A DNA stretch of 54,905 bases from an uncultured delta proteobacterium (lineage in GTDB: Bacteria; Desulfobacterota; WTBG01; CAIYCZ01), in contig CAWDOY010000057.1 of assembly GCA_963803975.1 (NCBI GenBank), positions 1 through 54,905 on the forward strand. Reading direction: 5' to 3'. A program made the position numbers and the translations under genes. This document shows, in pieces, positions 32,882 through 43,080 of this stretch. The notes below the pieces were generated by a model, which saw only the letters and a list, made by a program, of their open reading frames with translations, had not been told where the DNA came from and did not search any database. Within the stretch, counting starts at the first letter, position 1. Each line of letters opens with the position of its first letter.

Positions 32882-33286
32882 ATGAAACCTTTTTTCAGGA
32901 TCAATAAAAAAGCGATGATTGTTTTCGCCTTCATGCTGCTCTTGATGAACAGCAGCGCAGGGGCAGCTGATGAAGACGGCTCAGTTGTGGGAAAGAAATT
33001 CAAAGCATTCATTTATTCGCCTCAGGCTGACAAAGTATCAATCAGCATTACCTTTCAGGAAAATTTGGCGCTGCTCATTGATGTCTATGACGGCTTTGGC
33101 GTATATGTTCCGGCAGGCCCGGCATTTGCCGGCATCTTTTCGGCGCCACGCTATCAAAAGGAGGATAATCTGTTGCTTCTTTTGAGCGGTGTCCGGGTGA
33201 CGGATTTTCTGGGCGGCGTTGGCGTGAGCCTGGTAAATTTCGAATTTGCCGGAACATTCGTGGTATTCGGCTATACAGATACATGA
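32882..33286 (+). CDS. Hypothetical secreted/membrane protein
   Basis: RBS GGAGG, signal-peptide-like N-terminus, sits within the operon. Confidence 0.6.
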   Translation: MKPFFRINKKAMIVFAFMLLLMNSSAGAADEDGSVVGKKFKAFIYSPQADKVSISITFQENLALLIDVYDGFGVYVPAGPAFAGIFSAPRYQKEDNLLLLLSGVRVTDFLGGVGVSLVNFEFAGTFVVFGYTDT

Positions 33287-33407
33287 TGCGGCAATGAAGA
33301 ACCCTGAAGTAGGGGTGCAAACCACGGGCGCCTGCCCGTGCGTTAAAAAACATTGACAGTCAAACCGGCTGTCATCTATACAAACATAGTAAGAGGAGAA
33401 ACCAGCT

Positions 33408-34262
33408 ATGAAGAAAGCTCAATGTACGACCAGGCTCTGTTGTTTTATAGCGCTGACATTCAGCATCATGTTGTGTGGGTTTGTATCTCCGGGACATGCG
33501 GCCGGAGAGAAAACCATCATCCTGGCCACAACCACCAGCACCCAGGACTCGGGGCTTCTGGATGTGCTCATCCCCCTGTTTGAGAAAAAGGCCGGCTTTA
33601 TGGTAAAAACCATTGCCGTGGGTTCAGGCCAGGCCATGGCCATGGGCGAGCGCGGCGAGGCGGATGTGCTGCTGGTGCACTCCCCAGACGCGGAGAAAAA
33701 ATTCATGGATAAGGGTTTTGGCGGCAGCCGCCTGATCGTCATGCACAATGATTTTATAATTGTCGGTCCCGCTGCTGACCCGGCAAAAATAAAAGGAGTG
33801 ACGTCTGCTGCAGACGCCTTTAAAAAGATAGCTGAAACACAATCTCTTTTCATGTCCCGCGGCGATAATTCCGGCACCCACGCAAAAGAAAAGGCCATCT
33901 GGAAGGCAAGCGGCGTAACCTGTGCGGGGCAGAAGTGGTACCAGGAGACCGGCCTCGGCATGGGCCAGACCCTTGGCGTGGCTGCGGAGAAAAAGGGCTA
34001 TACCCTGGCAGACCGGGGAACGTATTTGTCCCTCAAAAACAAACTGGGGCTTGAGATACTCTGCGAGGGCGACAAGGCACTGCTGAATGTGTATCATGTC
34101 ATTGTGGTCAATCCCGCCAAATGGCCAAAGGTGAATACTGCCGGGGCCAGGGCATTTGCGAATTTTATGGTTTCTAAAGAAGCGCAGACAGTCATTAAGG
34201 AATTCGGCGTTGACCGGTTCGGCCAGCCTTTGTTTTTCCCTGATGCAGGTAAAAAAGAATAG
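33408..34262 (+). CDS. tupA: Tungstate ABC transporter substrate-binding protein
   Basis: Diagnostic ATTTSTQDSGLL motif, GSGQA, SRGDNSGTH and GMGQTL. Confidence 0.93.
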   Translation: MKKAQCTTRLCCFIALTFSIMLCGFVSPGHAAGEKTIILATTTSTQDSGLLDVLIPLFEKKAGFMVKTIAVGSGQAMAMGERGEADVLLVHSPDAEKKFMDKGFGGSRLIVMHNDFIIVGPAADPAKIKGVTSAADAFKKIAETQSLFMSRGDNSGTHAKEKAIWKASGVTCAGQKWYQETGLGMGQTLGVAAEKKGYTLADRGTYLSLKNKLGLEILCEGDKALLNVYHVIVVNPAKWPKVNTAGARAFANFMVSKEAQTVIKEFGVDRFGQPLFFPDAGKKE

Positions 34263-34563
34263 CAGGCTGTTGACCGGTTTCATGCCTCGCAATTCACGCT
34301 TTGTAAGCGGGGGAAGAGGCATGTAATTAAAAAAGAATAATTAAACTCCGGGAAGCCCCGCCTCGCAGGCGGGGAGCTTCAAAAATACCCATCTGCTCCG
34401 CTGTGCTACCCCCCCCTGCGTCCCCCCTTGGCAAGGGGGGATGAAGGGGGGGGTCATTGCGACGTACGGCATAGTACGCCTCATTCCTCAGGATTTCGCG
34501 CGCCTTGCATCCGGATATTTTTGACCAGCCTGGGGGAAGACTACTTTTTCAACAACCTGTTAG
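34260..34563 (+). mobile_element. MITE-like element with two nested insertions
   Basis: TIRs TAGCAGGCTGTTGA.../...TTTTTCAACAACCTGTTA. Colinear with the uninterrupted copy at 49270-49427 except for inserts at 34274-34381 and 34408-34452. Confidence 0.75.
34274..34381 (+). mobile_element. Non-autonomous IS200/IS605-like mini-element (PATE-like)
   Basis: Inserted 3' of TTGA with no target duplication. Two subterminal hairpins (cgctttgtaagcg; ccccgcctcgcaggcgggg); ends GGGGAGCTTCA. Confidence 0.55.
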
Positions 34564-34578
34564 CGGTGCATAATACTA

Positions 34579-35277
34579 GTGGACCTTATTGCTGAGGGCA
34601 TTCTCAAGGCGTTACTACTTCTCTTCACCCTGGACCCTGAAGTCCTGCGCATAACACTGCTCTCTCTTGCTGTGTCAGGGGCGGCAACGCTTATCAGTCT
34701 TGTCCTGGGGGTATCCCTGGGTTTCGCGATAGCCTTGTCGGAGTTTCGCGGTAAAAAGTTTGTCATCAGCACCATTAACACGGGCATGGGGCTGCCGCCC
34801 GTGGTTGTGGGCCTGTTTGTAACCATCTTTCTCTGGAGAAACGGGCCTTTCGGGTTTCTCGGGATTCTCTACACGCCGCTTGCAATGGTCATCGCCCAGA
34901 CCATCATCGCAGCGCCGCTGGTCATGGGTATAACCGTAGCCGCCATACAGCACCTGCCCCGAAACCTCCGCTATCAGATTCTCGCACTCGGCGCCACGCG
35001 CCTGCAGATGATGCGGCTGCTTGTGCGGGAGGCGCGGCTGCCGCTGCTTGCCGCGGTGATGGCCGGGTTCGGCGGCGTGATCTCCGAAGTCGGCGCCTCG
35101 ATCATGGTGGGCGGTAACATAAAAGGCTACACCCGGGTGCTCACCACCGCAACCGTCATGGAGACCAGCCGCGGCAACTTTGACATTGCCATAGCCCTGG
35201 GCATCATCCTCCTTGTCCTTTCATTTATCATCAATGCAATGCTCACCCATGTGCAGCAGCGGGAGCGGCCGCGATGA
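34579..35277 (+). CDS. tupB: Tungstate ABC transporter permease
   Basis: NTGMGLPPVVVGL and AGFGGVISEVGA-IMVGGNI-G-TRVLTTA. Confidence 0.93.
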   Translation: MDLIAEGILKALLLLFTLDPEVLRITLLSLAVSGAATLISLVLGVSLGFAIALSEFRGKKFVISTINTGMGLPPVVVGLFVTIFLWRNGPFGFLGILYTPLAMVIAQTIIAAPLVMGITVAAIQHLPRNLRYQILALGATRLQMMRLLVREARLPLLAAVMAGFGGVISEVGASIMVGGNIKGYTRVLTTATVMETSRGNFDIAIALGIILLVLSFIINAMLTHVQQRERPR

Positions 35278-36374
35278 ACAGCATAGAGGCCGATGCCGTA
35301 CTTCTGCAAGCCCGGGATATTCTGATACGCAGAGGCGGGGTTCCGGTTATAGATATTCCAGAGCTTGCCATAGAGCGCGGCAGGGTTGTTTCGCTCATCG
35401 GGCCCAATGGCGCGGGAAAGTCAACGCTGATGCTGGCGCTGGCATCTCTTCTGAAGCCGCACCAGGGCACTATCTATTTTCATGGACAGCCGGTTGACTC
35501 AGGAAATTCCCGGGCCGCATACCGCAGAAAGCTTGCCATGGTGTTCCAGGAGCCGCTTCTGTTTGACGCAACGGTTTTTGAGAATGTGGCGTCGGGGTTA
35601 AAAATCCGGGGCAGGAGCAGGGGAGAAATTAACCTGACCGTAGAGGAACAGCTGGCGCGGTTCGGCATCGGTCACCTTGCCCAGCGCTCAGCCCGCAAGC
35701 TGTCCGGCGGAGAAGCCCAGCGCACCAGCCTGGCGCGGGCCTTTGCCATCCGGCCGGAGATTATTTTTCTTGATGAGCCGTTTGCCTCACTTGACCCTCC
35801 CACCCGCGAGGCGCTGGTTGATGATCTGCACGCAATTTTGCGCCAGACCAGGACAACGGCGGTCATTGCGACCCATGACCGGATGGAGGCTTTGCGGCTA
35901 TCGGATATACTGGCGGTTATGTTCGGAGGAACTATCGTTCAGACCGGCACACCCGAGGAGGTAATGAATCGCCCCGCGGATGAGCAGGTGGCATCGTTTG
36001 TCGGGACAGAGACCATCCTGTCCGGCATCGTGACGCATGTTTATGACGGGACATTTGCGGTATCAATTGCAGGTACACTACCTTGAAGCGGTCGGTGTGT
36101 TAGAGAAGGTGAAGAGGTGGTGTGCTGCATACGGCCTGAACAGGTGACTATCTCCACTGATATGCCGACCGGCCACTCCAGCGCCCGCAACACCTTTACG
36201 GGCACCATCGTGAAGATTTCTCCCATGGGGCTGTTCTACCGGGTGTATCTTGACTGCGGATTTCCCCTGGTCTCTTATGTAACAACCCAGTCTTTGGAGA
36301 ACCTTGATCTGGGCGAGGGCAAAACAGTTGCTGCCTCTATCAAGGCAACGGCAGTCCATGTCATAAGAAAATAA
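35274..36374 (+). CDS. tupC: Tungstate ABC transporter ATP-binding protein with C-terminal TOBE domain (frameshift ~36080)
   Basis: GPNGAGKST, LSGGEAQR, LDEPF; SARN...IKATAVHV TOBE in ORF 36117..36374. Confidence 0.88.
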
Positions 36375-36481
36375 ACAGCCAGCTCGTAAGTTCGCTTATA
36401 ATAGCCTGCCGCTACGCCGGGGAGCGTACAAGGCAATTCATAGCATATTATGGTATTTTTTTAATTTTAGATAAAAAACAT

Positions 36482-36509
36482 TTGACAAGAAGATTTTTAT
36501 TTATATGAT
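36482..36509 (+). promoter_or_regulatory. Sigma70 promoter upstream of tandem riboswitches 5-6
   Basis: TTGACA-16 nt-TATGAT. Confidence 0.6.
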
Positions 36510-36534
36510 GTTACACAAATTATTATTAATATTG

Positions 36535-36625
36535 TTCCCGAGCCGTATTTTCTAAAGCTTCTGCTATGAAAAGCGGCCGATGGGTATAAGTCGAAAGATT
36601 TAAGCCTCCCGTGTTTGGAAAGGGA
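36535..36625 (+). ncRNA. Moco-class riboswitch aptamer 5 (P3-less)
   Basis: TCCCGAGCC...TCTAAAGC-GCTATGA...GGCC...TCGAAAGA...GCCTCCCGTGTTTGGAAAGGGA. P1 covaries (TCCC/GGGA versus CTCC/GGAG). Confidence 0.88.
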
Positions 36626-36642
36626 TTATAGAATATAATTAT

Positions 36643-36685
36643 AAAGGCCAGCTTTCCACATGCGGAGGTTGCCTTTTTGTTTTTT
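36643..36685 (+). terminator. Riboswitch 5 terminator
   Basis: AAAGGCCAGCTTTCC/GGAGGTTGCCTTTTT imperfect stem plus U-tract. Confidence 0.7.
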
Positions 36686-36734
36686 AAAAAATGGTTACAT
36701 TATGAACTGCGTATAGCCAGATACCAGTATAAAT

Positions 36735-36823
36735 TCCCGAGTCGTATCTTCTACAGCTTCGCTATGAAAAGCGGCCAAAGGGTTTAAGTCGAAAGATTTA
36801 AGCCTCCCGTGTTCGGAAAGGGA
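36735..36823 (+). ncRNA. Moco-class riboswitch aptamer 6 (P3-less, tandem with 5)
   Basis: Near-duplicate of aptamer 5: TCCCGAG...GCTATGAAAAGCGGCC...TCGAAAGATTTAAGCCTCCCGTGTTCGGAAAGGGA. Confidence 0.88.
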
Positions 36824-36838
36824 TCACCGGCAATTGAT

Positions 36839-36877
36839 AAAGGCCAGCCTTTCCTTTGTGGAGGTTGGCCTTTTTTA
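36839..36877 (+). terminator. Riboswitch 6 terminator
   Basis: AAGGCCAGCCTTT/GGAGGTTGGCCTTTTTT. Confidence 0.8.
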
Positions 36878-37004
36878 TTACGTTAAAGGCAGGTTTATAA
36901 AACTTATTTTCGTTTTTCAATTAACAGAGAGGAGGTGCTTTTCAATTAACGGGGAGTATAAAAAAACACACAAAAAATGGTTTTTTAACAGGAGGGAACT
37001 ATTT

Positions 37005-38711
37005 ATGAAAAAAAGACTTTTACTGGGAAATTGTTTATTGCTTCTGGCATTGATGTTCGTGCCATTTGTCACTGCTCAAGCTGCCATCTTGCAGGTCGGA
37101 CCCAGCTGGCGGGAACCCCGTATGCAGATATTCAGAGCGCAATTACTGCAGCTGCTGACAATGATGAGATATGGGTGGAACAGGGAACCTATGCGCTTAC
37201 CGCCATGATAAATGTAAATAAAAAGGTGGCTATCTATGGCGGCTTTTACAGGTTCAGAAACAGCAAGGATCACAGAGGAACTGGGTAACCAACGTGACCA
37301 CGGTGGATGGCCAGAATACGGTCGGCTGTTTCTATACCACGGCAGATGCAACCATAGACGGGTTTACCATCACCAGAGGCTATAAAAAACTGGCAGGCGG
37401 TGATGAGGACAAGGGTGCCGGCATTCTGAACGGCGATCCTTCTCTCAGCTGCTCCTCCTGCTGATGCACCTGATCTCACGGTGGCAAACTGCATTTTCTA
37501 TCGCAACGAGTCCTTTCTGAAATCAGGCGGCGCATCTGTAACTTCACGAGCGCCGGGAACCTCACGATAACCGCAAGCACCTTTACTGAGAATTTTGGCG
37601 ATGAACAGGGCGGAGCAATCAGGGTGCAAAAGGGCACTACAACCATAACGGATTGCATCTTTACCGGTAACAAAATCAAAAAGGATACCGGCGGGGTTGG
37701 AGGTGCTATTGCTATCAGTAACACTGCCGGTGCAGCCGTCATTGAAAGATGCACATTTACCGGCAATAAATGCCGGGATGCCGGCGCAGTGAGCGCTGAT
37801 GTCAATGCTACTTTTACACGATGCATCTTTGCAAATAATAATCCAGTCATCGCAGCACCCCGCTACGGCACTATTGGATCCCGTGGAGACCTGCCCTGTC
37901 ACCGTAACAAACTGTCTCTTTTACGGCAACAGGGTTCAGTATGGCGGCGGCATTGCCATCAACGGCAGCGGCACCAATGAAAACTTAAATGTCATTAACT
38001 GCACATTTGCAGACAATATCCTTGTGGGTACCGGCGCTACCGGTGGTGCAATCTATTCCCTAAAGACCGGAGGAACAGCCTTCAATGTAACAAACTGTAT
38101 TCTGTGGGGAAATACTAACACAAATGAAATTGCCGGTGCTACCGGCTTTCTGGCTCCAACAGTAAGCTATACTGATACTGACCAGACCGGCTATGCCGGC
38201 AGCAATGGAAACATCAATCAGGATCCGCTGTTTGTCGATCCTATCAACTCTGATTTTCATATTCAGGGAATCTCGCCGTGCATCAGTAGCCGCAACCAGC
38301 ACCGGGGCACCCATTAATGACTTGGAAGGCACGCTGCGGCCCCAGGGTGTAGCCTTTGACATGGGCGCTTTTGAATATATTCTGGACCCGACCGCTATCA
38401 CCCTTTCCTCCTTTGATGCGAAGCCGGGCAATCACAGTGTAACGCTGATATGGGTAACCGAGACTGAGATTGACAATGCCGGGTTTAACATCTACCGGGC
38501 GGGTGCTGATGGCGAATTCGTGAAGATAAATGCTGAGATAATCCCTGCACAGGGAACCGCAGCAAGCGGAGCAGCCTATCAGTTTGTGGACAGCGACGTG
38601 CAGAACCGGCAGACCTATTCCTACAAGCTGGAGGATGTGGATCTGAACGGCACAGCAACCCAGTACGGGCCGAAAACGGCGACCCCACGGTTTATCTATT
38701 TATTTAAATAA
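37005..38711 (+). CDS. Secreted right-handed beta-helix (pectin lyase-like, choice-of-anchor Q-like) protein with C-terminal FN3-like domain; multiple frameshifts
   Basis: Signal peptide; YADIQSAI...WVEQGTY; repeated C-F--N...GGAI; NCILWGN; NINQDPLFVD...SPCI; DLEG--RPQG-AFDMGAFEY; C-terminal ...ATPRFIYLFK. Confidence 0.8.
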
Positions 38712-38772
38712 ACCGGGGCCGTTTCGCATTAATGTCCTATTCACGACTATTGACAGATAAGGAGATCATGCC

Positions 38773-38892
38773 ATGGAGCGAAAACATGAATACGAAGCAC
38801 CAAAAGTAATCACCTATTCAGAGGATGAGATAGTTGACATGCTCGGACCGGCGCAGACCTGTTCACCAAGCCCGTGTCCGACCTATCAGTAA
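38773..38892 (+). CDS. 39-aa RiPP-precursor-like peptide MERKHEYEAPKVITYSEDEIVDMLGPAQTCSPSPCPTYQ
   Basis: AAGGAG RBS 8 nt upstream, YxxPxV leader motif, Cys/Pro/Ser C-terminal segment, downstream hairpin. Below the ORF-track size cutoff. Confidence 0.7.
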   Translation: MERKHEYEAPKVITYSEDEIVDMLGPAQTCSPSPCPTYQ

Positions 38893-38924
38893 CATATACG
38901 ATTGACACATCGGGGAAACTACAT

Positions 38925-38974
38925 TAGTTAGAGTTATGCCCTATTCGCACATGGGTATAACTCTAACTATTTTT
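38925..38974 (+). terminator. Long hairpin/terminator after the peptide gene
   Basis: TAGTTAGAGTTATGCCC/GGGTATAACTCTAACTA 17-bp stem (one G-U) followed by TTTTT. Confidence 0.75.
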
Positions 38975-39019
38975 ATTGCAGAGGCATTTCTGTAATTAAT
39001 TCTCAAGACAGGGGGTTTT

Positions 39020-39990
39020 ATGAAGAAATATATACTACTATTGCTCATGCTATGTGCCGTGCTCTTTGCAGCACATAATGCTGCGGCTGAAACAATCAGC
39101 TGCAACGACCACCGCTGATGTTTTTATTGATCAGTACGAACCAACTATGAACTTCAATGATAAAACCAGATTGCTTATCTCATACCATCCTACAAAAGGC
39201 ATAGCACGGGGGCTTTTGAAATTCGACATCCCGTCTTGCATCACCGCTTCACAGATTCAAAGTGCCAATCTGTATCTGTCGAGCTCTGCTCATACTGGCA
39301 GTGGTAATGCTATTAATATTAGCATCCATGCACTCAATGCCTCCTTTAATGAGGCAACAGATACATGGAATAGCCTCAGCGGGGGTAACTATGATGCCAG
39401 CGTCTTCTCCTCAGGCTCTCTTCCTTCTGGCAATGCCTGGAAAACCACTATTAATGTAACAACACTTCTCGCGGGAAATCTGCATAAAGCACGAACTAAT
39501 GGTGTGCTCATTAAGCTGACTACGGAAGGACCGATAAATTATACCAGCATATTGCATCACGGGAATGCGATGATGCTTCTAACCCGAATTATGTTGCAGC
39601 TGACGAACCCCCACGTCTGGAGATTAGCCTGAAAACTGATTCTGATTCTGATGGGGATGGCGTTCTTGATTCACAGGATAATTGTCCCAATAAATGTAAT
39701 AGTGAGCAGCATGATTCAGATAATGATGGTTATGGGGATGTTTGTGACCCAACCCCCGGTTGTGCTTCTCCACCAAATTGCGGAGGATGTGGCTCACCAC
39801 AATGTTGTGAGGTAGAGTGCTCATTAACAGATTCTGATAGTGATGGTATTCCTGACTGTGCGGATAACTGCCCGTGCTAATTGCAACGTTAATCAAGCTT
39901 GATGCAGACGGCGATGGCATAGGTGATGTGTGCGATACAACACCAGGCTGCGGTGGATGCGGCGCACCGCAGTGTGAGCAGCAGTGTTAA
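39020..39990 (+). CDS. Secreted DNRLRE-like domain protein with thrombospondin type-3 repeats and Cys-rich tail (frameshifted)
   Basis: ATG 39020 signal peptide; ADVFID...ARGLLKFDIP...ASRE; DSDGDGVLDSQDNCP, DGIGDVCD; ends PGCGGCGAPQCEQQC. Confidence 0.75.
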
Positions 39991-40033
39991 TAGATAAACG
40001 AGGAGTAATTAATAAAGATAGTGAACAGATGAC

Positions 40034-43000
40034 ATGAAAAAATTGCTATCAATGCTGCTGTTTATTGCAGGGCTTTTGTTGCATAACGTTGCTGCAGCGG
40101 AAACGTATAACTGTGCTGCAACGGCTGATGTGTATATTGATCAGAAGACACCCGCGACAAATTTAAATGATAAAACCCGACTGGTTATTTCCTATCATCC
40201 CACGTATGGCATCGCCCGGGGGCTGTGGAAGTTTAACATCCCCGGCACCATCGACGCAGCGCAGATTGAGAGCGCAACGCTGCATGTATCCGGCTCTATT
40301 CATACCGGCGGGGGCAATGCCATTTCTGTATATTGTTATGCTCTCAATTCCCCGTTTGATGAAAATGCCGAAACCTGGAACACCCACAGTGGCGGAGACT
40401 ATGATGCCGGCGTGTTTTCTTCCGGTTCTCTTCCATCGGGCAATGACTGGGAAGCCGCCATCGATGTAACCACGCTGGCGAAAGGCAATCTGGCCAAACT
40501 GCGTGATAACGGCATGCTCATGAGGATACAGCAGGAAGGTCCGACCAAGGAATACCAGAACATAGCTTCCCGGGAATCTACTGACCCGGAAGATTTTGCC
40601 GCGTATCTTGAAATTGTGTATTCTGTCCCATCATCAACCACTACCACAATGCCGGTGAGCAGTTCCAGCTCGTCAAGCAGTTCGAGCTCATCTACCACAA
40701 CGGTGCAGCCAACTACGTCCAGCAGCACGTCATCGCTGATACCGACAACCACGACCACATTGCAGCCGACGACCTCAAGCAGCACCACGTCGATGATACC
40801 GACAACCACGACCACGGTGCAGCCGACAACGTCCAGCAGCACCACGTCGATCATGCCGACAACCACGACCACGGTGCAGCCGACAACATCCAGCAGCACC
40901 ACGTCGCTGATGCCGACAACCACGACCACGGTGCAGCCAACAACGTCCAGCAGCACCACGTCGATCATGCCGACAACCACGACCACGTTGCAACCGACAA
41001 CATCAAGCAGCACGTCGTCACTGGTGCCGACAACCACAACCACGGTGCAGCCGACTACGTCCAGCAGCTCAAGCTCGTCCAGCACTACAACGACCGCCAT
41101 CATCACGACAACCAGTTCAACTTCATCCACCACGACTATTGTTTATCAGTCGTATACGTGTGACTGTAACGGCTGATGTGTATATTGATGAGATTGATCC
41201 CGCACTAAATTTCAATGACAAGACGAGATTGCTTTTCTCATTCCATCCCACAAAGGGGAAAGCCAGGACGCTTTTGAAGTTTGATATCCCTATCAGCATC
41301 GAAGCACCGCAAATTCAAAGTGCAGTGCTGCATCTCTCAAGCTCCGGACATACTGGCGGAGGTAATGCTGTTTCTGTTAATAGCCATGCACTCAACTCGC
41401 CATTTGGTGAAAATGCTGAAACCTGGAACACCCACAATGGCGGCGATTATGATAGTTCCTTGTTTTCAACCGGCGCGTTGCCCGCAGGCAATGCCTGGAA
41501 AACTACCATTGATGTAACAACACTTCTCACGGTGAATCTGAACAAAATAAGGGATAATGGTATTCTTATTAAGCTGGCGGCTGAAGGGCCGGATAAATTA
41601 TACCAGAATATTGCATCACGGGAGTGCGATGATACTTCAAACCCCAATTATGTTGAAGCAGACGAACCTCCGCGTCTTGAAATTTACCTGTGCGGTTCCG
41701 GCATCTACGACAACTACGGGGCTGCCGATCAGCAGCTCAAGCTCTTCCAGCAGCTCAAGTTCATCAACCACAACGGTGCAGCCGGTAAGCAGTTCCAGTT
41801 CGTCCAGTAGTTCAAGCTCATCAACCACCACGGTGCAGCCGGTGAGCAGCTCAAGCTCGTCCAGCACTACAACGACCACCATCATCACGACGACCAGTTC
41901 AACTTCATCCACTACGACTATTGTTTATCAGTCCTATACGTGCGACACGACCGCTGATGTTTATATTGATCAGGAGTCACCGACGACAAATTTCAATGAT
42001 AAAACCCGACTGCTTATTTCCTATCATCCGACAAAAGGCGCGGCCCGGGGGCTGTGGAAGTTTAACATTCCCGGCACCATCAACGCAGCACAGATCCAGA
42101 GCGCAACGCTGCATGTGTCAGGCTCTATCCATACCGGCGGGGGTACGGCCCTTTCTGTATATTGTTATGCTCTTAATTCCCCGTTTGCTGAAAATGCCGA
42201 AACCTGGAATACCCACAGTGGCGGAGACTATGATACCGGCGTATTTTCTTCCGGGTCCCTTCCATCTGGCAATGACTGGGAAGCGGCCGTTGATGTAACC
42301 ACGCTGGCGAAAGGCAATCTGGCCAAACTGCGGAATAACGGCATGCTCATGAAGAAACAGCAGGAGGGCCCGACCAAGGAATACCAGAACATAGCCTCCC
42401 GGGAAACTACTGACCCGGAAGATTTTGTCGCGTATCTGAAGATTGTCATTGCCTCAGCCGGAACCACGACAACAACGGCTACAAGCACAACATCGACGAT
42501 ATCGGTAACAACCAGCACAACCTCTGTTCCGGCAGTCACCACAACCACGATTCCGTTGCCTCCACCAGAATGTAATGCTGACGCTGACTGTGATGATGAG
42601 AAGTTTTGCAATGGGGCGGAACGATGTGTTCTGGGGCAGTGCCTTGCAGGAGATAGCCCCTGCAGCGAGGGGCAGGTATGCCGCGAAGATCTTAAACAGT
42701 GCCTCAGCATACTGAGAGTATCAGCTCGTTGTATTCCGCAAAGGGTCTTAAGGCCCTGGCTGCGCGATACCCGGTGTTTTTGGTTGCTGGTGTATTGTCC
42801 TGTAGGAAGCCATGTCAATTCACAGAGCACAATAATGATAACCGGGCCGGAAACACAGGCCGCAGGGGTAAAAGTGAATGAACAGCGGCAGTTGGTGAAT
42901 ATGGCCGGAATGCTCTGGGTGCCGGTGTGCGTGAAGTCTGATGCAACTACTGGCGCATGGAAGTTAAGTATTTCTACCGATGCAGATATCAGCGGAACGA

Positions 43001-43041
43001 TGGTTAATGAGGTGATTGAAGCTGATTTTACCGTGAGATAG
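40034..43041 (+). CDS. Secreted protein with three DNRLRE-like domains, Ser/Thr-rich linkers and a Cys-rich C-terminal module (two frameshifts)
   Basis: ORFs 40034, 41139 and 41557 join. Domains 1 and 3 are nearly identical. CNADADCDDEKFCNGAERC module. Confidence 0.8.
40695..41075 (+). repeat. 57-bp coding tandem repeat (about 6-7 copies; PTTTTTVQPTTSSSTTSIM)
   Basis: Visible 3-nt shift per 60-nt line gives period 57. Confidence 0.9.
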
Positions 43042-43080
43042 TATTAGTAAATAATATTATCAACATAAAGGACCTCTCAG

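Noticed and set aside
33290..33407. A separate riboswitch directly before tupA
   Set aside because: Only a TTGACA is present; no CCGAG...CCCGTGTTTGGAAAGG core.
40695..41075. Possible CRISPR array
   Set aside because: Contiguous 57-bp in-frame Ser/Thr repeat with no unique spacers and no cas genes.
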